Positions 20,015-28,775 of a stretch of DNA of 64,000 nucleotides are shown in pieces. Position 1 is the stretch's first letter, and each line of letters begins with the position of its first letter. The stretch covers positions 12,050-76,049 of the forward strand of contig JAEYQM010000061.1 in assembly GCA_023410025.1 (NCBI GenBank). The letters are read 5' to 3'. Position numbers and translations under genes: made by a program. Under the pieces are notes generated by a model. The model had not been told where the DNA came from. It saw only the letters and a list, made by a program, of their open reading frames with translations, and made no database searches. The DNA comes from Bacillota bacterium (GTDB lineage Bacteria; Bacillota_I; Bacilli_A; ML615J-28; CAG-698).

Positions 20015-22006
20015 ATGAGATATTTAAATAAAGCTTTGATTTTTATACTGGTAATTATGTTAACCTTTTTAATAAATGTATCCTCATGGTCAGTACCAAT
20101 GGAATATGAACAACCATATGTTGAATTAAGAGGTGCTTGGGTATCAACAGTTTCTAATATAGATATTGGCCAACAAACGTCAATTGAAAATTATCAACAA
20201 CAATACACAAAAATTCTTAATAATTTTGAAAAATTTAATATGAATGCAGTCTTTTTTCAAGTAAGACCAACTAATGATGCATTTTATAAATCGGAAATTA
20301 ATCCTTGGAGTGAATTTCTAACTGGACAACAAGGAAAAGATCCAGGTTGGGATCCACTACCTTGGTTAATTGAGGAAACTCATAAACGTGGTATGGAATT
20401 CCATGCATGGCTTAATCCATATCGTGCGAGTCTTGATGTTTTTTCTAGTGAAACCCTAACAGATGCTGAATATCAAACACAGCTCTCTACTGCACTTGCA
20501 AAGATGAGTTCAGATAACTTCGCAAAAAAGCATCCGGAACTTCTTATACAAGGAGGAAATAGAATATTATTAAATCCTGGGAAACAAGAAGTACGTCAAC
20601 ATATTTATGATACAATTGAAGAAATAATTGTGAAGTATGATGTTGATGCTATTCATTTTGATGATTATTTTTATACTGATGTAAATCTAAATGCTGATAA
20701 AGAATTATATATGGCTGATTCCGGAGCTACAAGTTATGTTCAATATAGTCATAAAGATTGGCGCCGTAAACAAGTTGATTTACTAGTTGAGGGAGTACAC
20801 AATTTAATTGAAGATTTTAATGAAGTAAACAACAAAAACATTCAATTTGGTATTTCTCCAGCAGCTGGTTGGGCCCCAAGTAATACAGAATGTCTACCTC
20901 CTCCTACCGGATATGGAATGGAAGGTGGAATGGAAGGTTATTCATGTTGGGGTTATAGTTCATATCATAATTTATATGCTGATACAAGGAAATGGGTTAA
21001 AGAAGAATGGTTAGATTACATTCTTCCTCAAAACTATTTTGAATTAGGTAGAATGCATGAAGAAATTACTGATTGGTGGAGCAGACAAGTAGAAGGTACG
21101 TCAGTAAAATTATATATGGGTCTTGGTGTATACCAATATAGAAATTATTCTTATTTAACCGCTAATGAATATGCTAATCAATTAAAATTTAATCAACAAT
21201 ATAAAAATGTTCAAGGTATTGTTATATTCTCATATAAGGATTTAATTTCCCCTATATCTACAAATATGCGTAATGGTGTTGAGAATATTAAAAAGATTTG
21301 GACTATTACGCCATTATTACCATTTGGACTTACGGGAGAAAAAACCGAAACAAAAGCAATTAATCCAAATTTAGTAAGAAAAAATCAAAGTAATGAAATT
21401 AGTTTTACTACTACACCACAAGCTTATGGATACGCTATATATCGTAAGGATGAAGGACAAAGTGATTTTAATATAATAAAAATATTAAAAAATAATGCTG
21501 ATACATTACAGTATAAAGATAGTGTTGAAAACGATAAGAAATATGAATATAAAATAAAAGCAGTACTATACGATGGATCAATTAGTAATAATGAAGTTTT
21601 TTTAAAAAATAACAATAATTATGTTCCAAGTGCTCCAGTTATTAAAATTACTTCAATGACAAAATTAACACTATTGAAATTTAATGAAAAGTTTAACTTG
21701 CAATTTGAAGTTAGTGATGCTGATAATGATGAAGTGACAATAACTATTGAATATGCAACTTATTTAGATAGATATCGTTACGATGTAACAGTCCCTATTG
21801 AAAATGGAAAAGTAAATTATGATTTCGAAATTCCTAGCGTTGAAACAAACACTGGAATGATTAGAATAACAGCATCCGATATAACGGATAAAACATATTA
21901 TTACACACAGAAATTTATTGTGGTTGGTGATATAGGATTACTAGAATCTTATCTATACCTTTATAAAAATCAAATTGATGACATGATACAAGATATAATA
22001 GGTTAG
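20015..22006 (+). CDS. secreted glycoside-hydrolase-like family 10 (GHL10/DUF187, YngK-like) protein with C-terminal Ig/FN3-like region
   Basis: It has an N-terminal signal sequence. RGAWVSTVSNIDIG...FFQVRP...EFHAWLNPYR...AIHFDDYFY is typical of GHL10 TIM-barrel proteins. Confidence 0.7.
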   Translation: MRYLNKALIFILVIMLTFLINVSSWSVPMEYEQPYVELRGAWVSTVSNIDIGQQTSIENYQQQYTKILNNFEKFNMNAVFFQVRPTNDAFYKSEINPWSEFLTGQQGKDPGWDPLPWLIEETHKRGMEFHAWLNPYRASLDVFSSETLTDAEYQTQLSTALAKMSSDNFAKKHPELLIQGGNRILLNPGKQEVRQHIYDTIEEIIVKYDVDAIHFDDYFYTDVNLNADKELYMADSGATSYVQYSHKDWRRKQVDLLVEGVHNLIEDFNEVNNKNIQFGISPAAGWAPSNTECLPPPTGYGMEGGMEGYSCWGYSSYHNLYADTRKWVKEEWLDYILPQNYFELGRMHEEITDWWSRQVEGTSVKLYMGLGVYQYRNYSYLTANEYANQLKFNQQYKNVQGIVIFSYKDLISPISTNMRNGVENIKKIWTITPLLPFGLTGEKTETKAINPNLVRKNQSNEISFTTTPQAYGYAIYRKDEGQSDFNIIKILKNNADTLQYKDSVENDKKYEYKIKAVLYDGSISNNEVFLKNNNNYVPSAPVIKITSMTKLTLLKFNEKFNLQFEVSDADNDEVTITIEYATYLDRYRYDVTVPIENGKVNYDFEIPSVETNTGMIRITASDITDKTYYYTQKFIVVGDIGLLESYLYLYKNQIDDMIQDIIG

Positions 22007-22010
22007 AAAC

Positions 22011-22733
22011 ATGGAAAATATATTAAGAGTAGTTTTATCATCTTTTTTAGTTGTAGGTTTAATATATTTTATTTTAAATAATGCTGTATCAACATCAAAT
22101 TATAAAGTAAAAGGACTTGCGTTTATTATTACTGGAGTTATAATTTTTATTGCAACATTAATTGGATTTTTGTATGATTTAAAAATGGGAAAATATATGG
22201 ATTTTGAGTATTTTATATTTCCAATAATGAATATATTACAAATGTCTATATATACAATTTATTTCTTTACCTCATCAAAAAAATATCATCATAAAATAGG
22301 TAATTATAAAAATAGAATAGATACTAAAGTCCATAAATACTTATATGTTTTAATTTCTTTTGATAATGATTTATATCTTGATAGAGATATTATAAAATCA
22401 AAATTTAAAAATGAAATTCCAAAAACAAAATATAAAGGTTTAAAGATTAAGTTTGATAAAGGTGTTTATTTTCATGATGAAATGATTACTAAATTTATTG
22501 AAGAAACAGGATTAAAAACTTATTCTGTTAATTTAGTTGGTCAAGCCGATATTCAAGGTAAAAAATATCAAGAAGTATTTTGTTATAATGTTGTTGTTTT
22601 TGAAAAAACACCATTTCTTGATACACTTTCAAAAGTTAGCAAGTATGATATAATGAATTGTGATATGGAAGATAATGATAAAAAAATCATACTTAACATG
22701 TTAGTTAGTAAAAATTTTGAAATTAAAATGTAG
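22011..22733 (+). CDS. hypothetical membrane protein (3 TM + ~140-aa soluble C-terminal domain)
   Basis: ORF 4 nt after the GHL10 stop and abutting the patatin gene. Hydrophobic segments are seen in the first 95 aa. No motif recognised. Confidence 0.5.
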   Translation: MENILRVVLSSFLVVGLIYFILNNAVSTSNYKVKGLAFIITGVIIFIATLIGFLYDLKMGKYMDFEYFIFPIMNILQMSIYTIYFFTSSKKYHHKIGNYKNRIDTKVHKYLYVLISFDNDLYLDRDIIKSKFKNEIPKTKYKGLKIKFDKGVYFHDEMITKFIEETGLKTYSVNLVGQADIQGKKYQEVFCYNVVVFEKTPFLDTLSKVSKYDIMNCDMEDNDKKIILNMLVSKNFEIKM

Positions 22734-23609
22734 GTGATTTATTTGAAGGTTGAATTAATTTTAGAGGGTGGAGGAATGCGTGGTATCTATACCGCGGGAG
22801 TATTGGATTTTTTTCTTGATAATAAAATAAAATTTAAGGATATTTGTGCTGTCTCTGCAGGCGCATGTACTGCAACAAGCTACTTATCAAATCAACCGAA
22901 AAGAACATTGCAAATGATGACTGATTATGCAAGTGATAAACGTTACTTAAGTATTAGTAGTTATATAAAAACAGGATCAGCATTTGGCATTGACTTTATC
23001 TTTAGAACAATTCCTGATGAATTATTGCCTTTTGATTATGAAACATTTAAAAATAGTGGTATTAACATGACTGTTGTTTGTACTGACCTTAATACTGGTA
23101 AGCCACTATATTTTAAAGTGGATGATGTAAAGGAAAAACTTGATTATGTTATAGCATCTAGTTCACTTCCCTTTGTATCAAAACCTGTAGTTATTGATGG
23201 ATACTGTTTATATGATGGTGGTGTATCCGACCCTGTACCAATTAAAAGATCAATTGAAGAGGGATATGACTTTCAAGTGCTTGTACTTACAAGAAATGCA
23301 GGATATCGCAAAAATAAATCCTTGTCAAATAGGATGATTGCAAGAACATTTTATAAGCATAAAGATTTTTCTAATGTCATGAGTACAAGACATGAAATAT
23401 ATAATGAGAGTATGGAACTAATAGAAAAACTAGAAAATGAGAAGAAGGCAATTGTAATAAGACCAAGTGAACCTTTAGTAATTGATCGTTTTGAAAAAGA
23501 TATTACAAAACTTAAAGATTTATATGATCTAGGTTATAGGGACGCTAAAGAGAAATTTCAAGAAATAATTGAACTTGCAAAAAAAGTTACTAATCTAGAA
23601 ATTGAGTAA
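22734..23609 (+). CDS. patatin-like phospholipase family protein
   Basis: It has the oxyanion hole LEGGGMRG, the nucleophile elbow AVSAGA (GxSxG type) and a catalytic Asp in YDGG. GTG start directly after the preceding stop. Confidence 0.8.
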   Translation: MIYLKVELILEGGGMRGIYTAGVLDFFLDNKIKFKDICAVSAGACTATSYLSNQPKRTLQMMTDYASDKRYLSISSYIKTGSAFGIDFIFRTIPDELLPFDYETFKNSGINMTVVCTDLNTGKPLYFKVDDVKEKLDYVIASSSLPFVSKPVVIDGYCLYDGGVSDPVPIKRSIEEGYDFQVLVLTRNAGYRKNKSLSNRMIARTFYKHKDFSNVMSTRHEIYNESMELIEKLENEKKAIVIRPSEPLVIDRFEKDITKLKDLYDLGYRDAKEKFQEIIELAKKVTNLEIE

Positions 23610-23639
23610 AAAAATATACCCAAACGGGTATATTTTTTA
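23608..23639. terminator. bidirectional terminator between convergent patatin gene and hflX
   Basis: A6 - ATATACCC / AAAC / GGGTATAT - T6. Confidence 0.75.
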
Positions 23640-24902
23640 CTTTATATATTCCTTTAATAAATTTTGATATTTTTGGCTAAGTCTTGCCTTTACATAAATT
23701 TCTGTCTCTAAATATTCGATATTATAAACAATAGAATCATTTTGTAAAGTGCTTAATATACTAATTTTATCATATGGTAAACTTAACTCAACATCTTTTT
23801 CATCCTTAAATAAAATGTCTTCAATCATTTTTGTTAATGAGTCAATATTATGATTATTAATAGCACTAAACCTAATAGCATCAGTAAATTGTGGTGGAAT
23901 ATAGAAATATCCTTCAACTAAATCAATTTTGTTAAAAGCATAAATCATTGGAATATCTTTTACCCCAATTTCCTCAAGAACCTTATTAGTTGTTTCAATT
24001 TGTACTTGATAATTAGGATTTGAGGAATCAACTACATGAATGATTAAATCAGCTTCAGTAATTTCTTCTAGTGTTGATTTAAAAGCCTCAACAAGTTGAG
24101 TTGGAAGTTTGCTTACAAAACCAACTGTATCAGTTAATATAAATTCATGATTGTTTTCAAGTTTAATCAATCGTGAAGAAGTTTCAAGGGTAGCAAATAG
24201 CATATCCTTTTCTAATACTTTCTTTTTTAATGCAGTCGAAGAATCTAAGAAGGCATTTAATGTAGAAGACTTACCACTATTAGTATAACCTGCAAGACAG
24301 ACAACTGGAACATTATTGTTTTTACGTTTTTGTCTTTGTAGGGCTCTTTCTTTTGTTAATTCATCTAATTGACCTTTTAAAAAGGCAATTCGGTCATTTA
24401 TATTTCTTCTATCAATTTCAAGTTGCGTTTCACCGGCTCCACGACCATGAGCGCCACCAGCAGCACCTCTTTGACGAGATAATCCTTCACGTAGACCAAT
24501 AAGTCTTGGTAACATATATCTAAGAGATGCAATATCAACTTGAAGAATGGCCTCTTTAGTTGTTGCCCTTCTTTTAAATATTTCTAGTATAATATATGTT
24601 CTATCATATATATTAACTTCTAGAACTTCTTGCATATTGTTTATTTGTGTTGCTGATAATTGATCATTACAAACAACTAAATCTGGTTGTAAAGTTTCTA
24701 TTAAAACTTTAATTTCATCCAGTTTGCCTTTTCGGACATAGGTATTAATATTTGTTGTATTTGCTGCTTGTGAAACTGTTTCTATAATATCAATCTCACA
24801 TGCATAACAGAGTTCCTTCATTTCTGTCATTTCATAATTATGTAATTCTTTGGTTGTAGTGTTAACCCCTACTAATATGGCTTTTTGTCTCATCGTATTC
24901 AC
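23637..24902 (-). CDS. hflX: GTPase HflX
   Basis: G1 motif GYTNSGKSS and G3 motif DTVGF are present, with the HflX N-terminal domain pattern (RGAAGGAHGRGAGETQLEIDRR). Confidence 0.9.
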   Translation of the reverse strand: MNTMRQKAILVGVNTTTKELHNYEMTEMKELCYACEIDIIETVSQAANTTNINTYVRKGKLDEIKVLIETLQPDLVVCNDQLSATQINNMQEVLEVNIYDRTYIILEIFKRRATTKEAILQVDIASLRYMLPRLIGLREGLSRQRGAAGGAHGRGAGETQLEIDRRNINDRIAFLKGQLDELTKERALQRQKRKNNNVPVVCLAGYTNSGKSSTLNAFLDSSTALKKKVLEKDMLFATLETSSRLIKLENNHEFILTDTVGFVSKLPTQLVEAFKSTLEEITEADLIIHVVDSSNPNYQVQIETTNKVLEEIGVKDIPMIYAFNKIDLVEGYFYIPPQFTDAIRFSAINNHNIDSLTKMIEDILFKDEKDVELSLPYDKISILSTLQNDSIVYNIEYLETEIYVKARLSQKYQNLLKEYIK

Positions 24903-24942
24903 CTTCTAACTATACTATTATATCACAAGAAATAAAAAAAAA

Positions 24943-26322
24943 TTAATTATTTAAAATTAATTTTTTTTCAATTTCTTTAATATTAAAAGCTTTTTTGATT
25001 GAAAAAATGGCAATAGGAACAAAAATTAATGCAGTCAACGTTTCAGCTGTTGCATAAGCATACCAAATATCATTTGGACTAATTTTCGAAAGAATTATAG
25101 CCGATGGAATAAGGATAATTACTTGTCTAAATAGACTCATAAACAATGACTTAAACCCATGTCCGATTGCTTGAAAACTTGTTGCAAAAATAATTGAAAA
25201 TACTGCTGGGATAAAGCTAAAACTTATAATTGGTAAAGCTTTTAATCCAATGGTAATCATATTTGTATCTGGTTCAAAAATATCTAATAATAAATTTGTT
25301 GCAAATTGGAAAGCAATAAATCCAATAATCATAATGGTAAAGCCTGTAAATAACATTATTGATAAAGCCTTTTTAAATCTATCTTTAATATTTGCTCCAT
25401 AATTATAAGAAAGAATTGGCATTCCCCCTTGATTCATACCAAATATAGGCATAAATACAAAAGATTGGAGTTTAAAGTATACAGATAATACATTAACCGC
25501 TGCTTTACCAAGTTCTTCAGTTGGAAAAGATGTTGATAGAAGAGTATTTAAAGTAGCAGTAGTTAATGAAGAAATACTATTCATTATGGTTACTGGTAAA
25601 CCAACATTCAATATTTGATTAAAATGAGTCTTGTTAAATTTAACACCAATTGGATTAATGTTAACAACTTGTTTTCTAAAAATAAATACTGAGATTGATA
25701 ATGACATTGCTAGTGCTTGTCCAATTATTGTTGCAATAGCAGCACCATTAACTCCAAGATTTAAGTTGAAAATAAATATTGGGTCTAATATAATATTGGT
25801 AATTGCTCCAACAAGTTGGCAAATCATCGGAACAATCATATTACCAATTCCTTGTAATATTCTTGATGAAGTTAGTTCAATAATGGAGAAGGCACTAAAT
25901 GCCATTACAATAAACATATAACCACTACCAATGTTAATAACTTCTGAGTCATTAGTCATCAATTTAAAAAACGGTTTTGAAACTATAAAAGATAAAACAA
26001 AAAACATTAGACTAACTACTATTGCAATAATAATACCCATTTTTGCAACGTTATTTGCTTCATCTTTCTTTTGTTCTCCAAGTTTCCTAGATATTAAAGA
26101 ACTTGTACCAACACCAATACCAATTGAGAAAGCAAGAATTAGTAGTTGGATTGGATAGGCTAAACTTACAGCATTAAAAGCTGTTGGACTTATTTTAGAA
26201 ACATACATTGAATCAACAATATTATATAAAGATTGTATCAGCATTGAAAACATTGCTGGTACACTCATTGCTACTATTAGTTTGCCTACGGGCATCGTTT
26301 TTAATTTTTCACTTGTATCCAT
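24943..26322 (-). CDS. MATE-family efflux transporter
   Basis: The 459-aa product has 12 TM-like segments. The N-terminal pattern VPAMFSMLIQSLYNIVDSMYVSKI is typical of MATE. Confidence 0.8.
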   Translation of the reverse strand: MDTSEKLKTMPVGKLIVAMSVPAMFSMLIQSLYNIVDSMYVSKISPTAFNAVSLAYPIQLLILAFSIGIGVGTSSLISRKLGEQKKDEANNVAKMGIIIAIVVSLMFFVLSFIVSKPFFKLMTNDSEVINIGSGYMFIVMAFSAFSIIELTSSRILQGIGNMIVPMICQLVGAITNIILDPIFIFNLNLGVNGAAIATIIGQALAMSLSISVFIFRKQVVNINPIGVKFNKTHFNQILNVGLPVTIMNSISSLTTATLNTLLSTSFPTEELGKAAVNVLSVYFKLQSFVFMPIFGMNQGGMPILSYNYGANIKDRFKKALSIMLFTGFTIMIIGFIAFQFATNLLLDIFEPDTNMITIGLKALPIISFSFIPAVFSIIFATSFQAIGHGFKSLFMSLFRQVIILIPSAIILSKISPNDIWYAYATAETLTALIFVPIAIFSIKKAFNIKEIEKKLILNN

Positions 26323-26387
26323 TATATCACCTTCAAATTATTATACCTGCTTATAGATTAATGTCAAATAAAAAAAAGAATAATACA

Positions 26388-26416
26388 TTGAAAAAAAGTA
26401 ATGAATATGATAGAAT
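26388..26416 (+). promoter_or_regulatory. sigma-A type promoter for the membrane-protein/DUF3137/lemA unit
   Basis: TTGAAA (26388-26393), 17-nt spacer, TAGAAT (26411-26416). Confidence 0.45.
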
Positions 26417-26433
26417 GTATATGAGGCGATGTT

Positions 26434-26886
26434 ATGACAAATATATTTATTTTTTATTTTTTAATCATATCTTATTTCACTTTTGTTATATATTATGTTA
26501 GTAAAAAAGTTAAAATTATTAAGAATGAAGGCGATGGAGATAATATCACATATACGATCCATAAAATGATTAGAAACATTTTATTTTTCTCAATATTTCT
26601 ATTTATGTTATCTACAGAATTGTTGTATAAGATAAATAGTAGTGAATCCATTTCTCAAAGCAATATTGGTATTGCTCTAGCAAGTGCAACATTAATATTT
26701 TATGTAATGTTTTTAATTAGAGATATTTATAAAGATAAAATATCAAAATATTTACAACAAAATTATAATATTTATATTGAAGATAATAGCTTTGTGATTA
26801 AGGGTAGTGCAGTGATAATTATTTGCATGTCTATATTATTATTAAATTTTGTCATTTCAATAATGATTTTGAATGGAGGAATTTAA
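26434..26886 (+). CDS. hypothetical small membrane protein (about 4 TM)
   Basis: 150-aa ORF with hydrophobic segments and a weak RBS GAGG. It lies first in a same-strand run with the DUF3137 and LemA genes. Confidence 0.5.
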   Translation: MTNIFIFYFLIISYFTFVIYYVSKKVKIIKNEGDGDNITYTIHKMIRNILFFSIFLFMLSTELLYKINSSESISQSNIGIALASATLIFYVMFLIRDIYKDKISKYLQQNYNIYIEDNSFVIKGSAVIIICMSILLLNFVISIMILNGGI

Positions 26887-26897
26887 TATTGGATTTT

Positions 26898-27749
26898 ATG
26901 TCGTTAGAAAATAAACGTAAAAGTTGCGTTAAAATTGTTGTATTTGGTTATATAATTGCTGTGGTGGGAGCACTTCTTACCTTTGGGCTTTATGAAAACC
27001 AATTTATTGGATTTATTGTACTAGTAATTGGAGGAATTTTACTAATATCAGGATATGGAAATTTCTCTTCTATTTCTAAGGATTTTAAAAACAAATATTT
27101 AAAAGAACTAATTCAAGAAACTTTTGAAAATTCTTCATATTTTCCAAATAAAGGGGTAAATGTGAATGATGTTTATAGTTCGGATTTAGTTAAGAAAGCT
27201 GATCGTTATCATACAGAGGATTTAATTACCGGAACATTTGATGGAGTTAATTTTATGACCTCAGATGTTAAGTTAGAAGAACGTCATGTAAGAAGAACAA
27301 AGAATGGTACGCAAGTATATTACGTAACATACTTTTTAGGAAGATATTTCTCTTTTGATTTTCCAAAAGATTTTAAAAGTAAAATATTAGTTACTGAAGG
27401 ATCTCTAATGACATGGTTTTCTAGTTATAAGAAAATTGAATTGGAGTCGGTTGAGTTTAATAAAAAGTTTAATATTTATACAAAAAACGAACATGATGCA
27501 TTCTATGTGTTGACACCACATTTAATGGAATCAATATTACAACTGGAAAAACAAAATCCAGGATCTATTGGACTAACATTTACTGGTAATAGACTTATTG
27601 TTTTAATTAACAATGGTATTAATACATTTGAACTATCATTGTTTAAAAGGGTTGATCAAACAGTAATTAATAATTTAAATAGAGATTTAGCAGTTATTAA
27701 AAAAATAATTAATGATCTAAAATTAAATAGAAAAATATTTGTTGATTAG
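26898..27749 (+). CDS. DUF3137-like membrane protein
   Basis: Two N-terminal TM helices are followed by a soluble domain (TEDLITGTFDGVNFMTSDVKLEE...YFLGRYFSFDF) resembling the DUF3137 proteins that commonly partner LemA. The start may instead be TTG 26889 (RBS GGAGGA 8 nt upstream). The track start at 26823 overlaps the previous gene. Confidence 0.55.
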   Translation: MSLENKRKSCVKIVVFGYIIAVVGALLTFGLYENQFIGFIVLVIGGILLISGYGNFSSISKDFKNKYLKELIQETFENSSYFPNKGVNVNDVYSSDLVKKADRYHTEDLITGTFDGVNFMTSDVKLEERHVRRTKNGTQVYYVTYFLGRYFSFDFPKDFKSKILVTEGSLMTWFSSYKKIELESVEFNKKFNIYTKNEHDAFYVLTPHLMESILQLEKQNPGSIGLTFTGNRLIVLINNGINTFELSLFKRVDQTVINNLNRDLAVIKKIINDLKLNRKIFVD

Positions 27750-27759
27750 GAGGAATAAT

Positions 27760-28338
27760 ATGAATCTATTTTTACTTAGTACTTTAGAAGTAACATTAAT
27801 CATTGTTGGTGCAGTGTTACTACTTATTGTTTTATGGTACATTGGTGCAGTTAACAAATTCCGTCAACTTGAAGTTAAAGTTGATGAGGCTATGAGTGGA
27901 ATTGATGTCGCTCTTACAAAAAGATTTGATGCTCTAACAAAACTTCTTGATACAACAAAAGGTTATGCAAAGCATGAAAGTGAAACATTAGAAAAAGTAA
28001 TTAAATGGCGTAATGGAATTCCATCAAATGCTACTTTAGAAGATAAACAAGAATTTGCTAATCAATTAACAAAAGTAGCAAATGGATTAAATGTTGTTGT
28101 TGAAAATTACCCAGACTTAAAAGCAAACACAATGTTTAATAATTTACAAAAGGCAATTATGGATACTGAAGAACATCTTCAAGCATCACGTCGTTTATAT
28201 AATTCAAATGTAAGAATTATTAATGAAATGATTGTAAAAATACCTTATAGCATTGTTGCTAGAAACATCAATATGACTAAAAAGCCATTCTTTGAAGCAG
28301 AAGCAGCAAAACGTCAAGACGTGAAGATGAATTTCTAA
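27760..28338 (+). CDS. lemA: LemA family protein
   Basis: ATG 27760 follows AGGAGGA. A single N-terminal TM is followed by the LemA pattern (YIGAVNKFRQLEVKVDEAMSGIDVALTKRFD...ENYPDLKAN...RRLYNSNV). Confidence 0.8.
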   Translation: MNLFLLSTLEVTLIIVGAVLLLIVLWYIGAVNKFRQLEVKVDEAMSGIDVALTKRFDALTKLLDTTKGYAKHESETLEKVIKWRNGIPSNATLEDKQEFANQLTKVANGLNVVVENYPDLKANTMFNNLQKAIMDTEEHLQASRRLYNSNVRIINEMIVKIPYSIVARNINMTKKPFFEAEAAKRQDVKMNF

Positions 28339-28346
28339 AATTTGAA

Positions 28347-28376
28347 AACAGATGATTTATATCATTTGTTTTTTTA
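28347..28376 (+). terminator. rho-independent terminator after lemA
   Basis: AACAGATGAT / TTAT / ATCATTTGTT (one G-U pair) followed by T7. Confidence 0.75.
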
Positions 28377-28507
28377 TTTACTTATTTTTTCCCTATTATT
28401 CGACACGTTTATACAATTTTTTCTATAAATATCAAAATATTGATAATTTAATACTAAAAATACATTAATAATAAATAAAATAATTAAAAATCTCAATAAA
28501 ATGAGTA

Positions 28508-28536
28508 TTGACAATAAAATACAATTTTGATATAAT
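28508..28536 (+). promoter_or_regulatory. perfect-consensus sigma-A promoter of the peptide/regulator cassette
   Basis: TTGACA (28508-28513), exact 17-nt spacer, TATAAT (28531-28536) with TG at -15/-14. Confidence 0.7.
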
Positions 28537-28582
28537 TAAACTAGAAATACCGAAAATTGGTGTTTTTAATAAGGGGGATAGT

Positions 28583-28741
28583 ATGAAAAAATTAATCAAA
28601 GTTGTTTTATGTCTTATATTAGTTGCTATGCTTAGTTTTGCACCTAAATTAACTCAAGGACCTGGCGATGGTGGACCAGGACCTGATGATCGTCCAATTT
28701 CATATATTAATGGAATTCCAGGATCAACTGAAGGAATGTAA
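28583..28741 (+). CDS. small secreted propeptide (52 aa): Sec-type signal + Pro/Gly/Asp-rich pro-region; candidate signalling-peptide precursor
   Basis: ATG 28583 follows GGGGGA. The product is MKKLIKVVLCLILVAMLSFA|PKLTQGPGDGGPGPDDRPISYINGIPGSTEGM. The longer track ORF start (28508) coincides with the promoter -35. Confidence 0.55.
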   Translation: MKKLIKVVLCLILVAMLSFAPKLTQGPGDGGPGPDDRPISYINGIPGSTEGM

Positions 28742-28775
28742 TTAGGTTGTATTAATAAGGGAGTAGGGAGGAACC

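Noticed and set aside
20915-20938. Direct tandem duplication ggaatggaaggt x2 inside the GHL10 gene.
   Set aside because: It is in-frame and encodes GMEGGMEG within a loop. It is too short and isolated to be a repeat element, so it is probably a trivial slippage duplication.
22734-23609. The patatin-like phospholipase as a CBASS (CapV-like) or other defence effector.
   Set aside because: No CD-NTase or other cyclase or sensor gene is adjacent. The neighbours are a GHL10 surface protein and a small membrane protein. The gene resembles the common housekeeping-type ~290-aa patatin family.
25631-26501. Plus-strand ORFs 25631-25921, 25931-26158 and 26208-26501, opposite to or overlapping the MATE gene and its upstream region.
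   Set aside because: They are antisense to the MATE transporter or span its promoter region. They have no translation signals, and 26208-26501 also conflicts with the better-supported 26434-26886 ORF.
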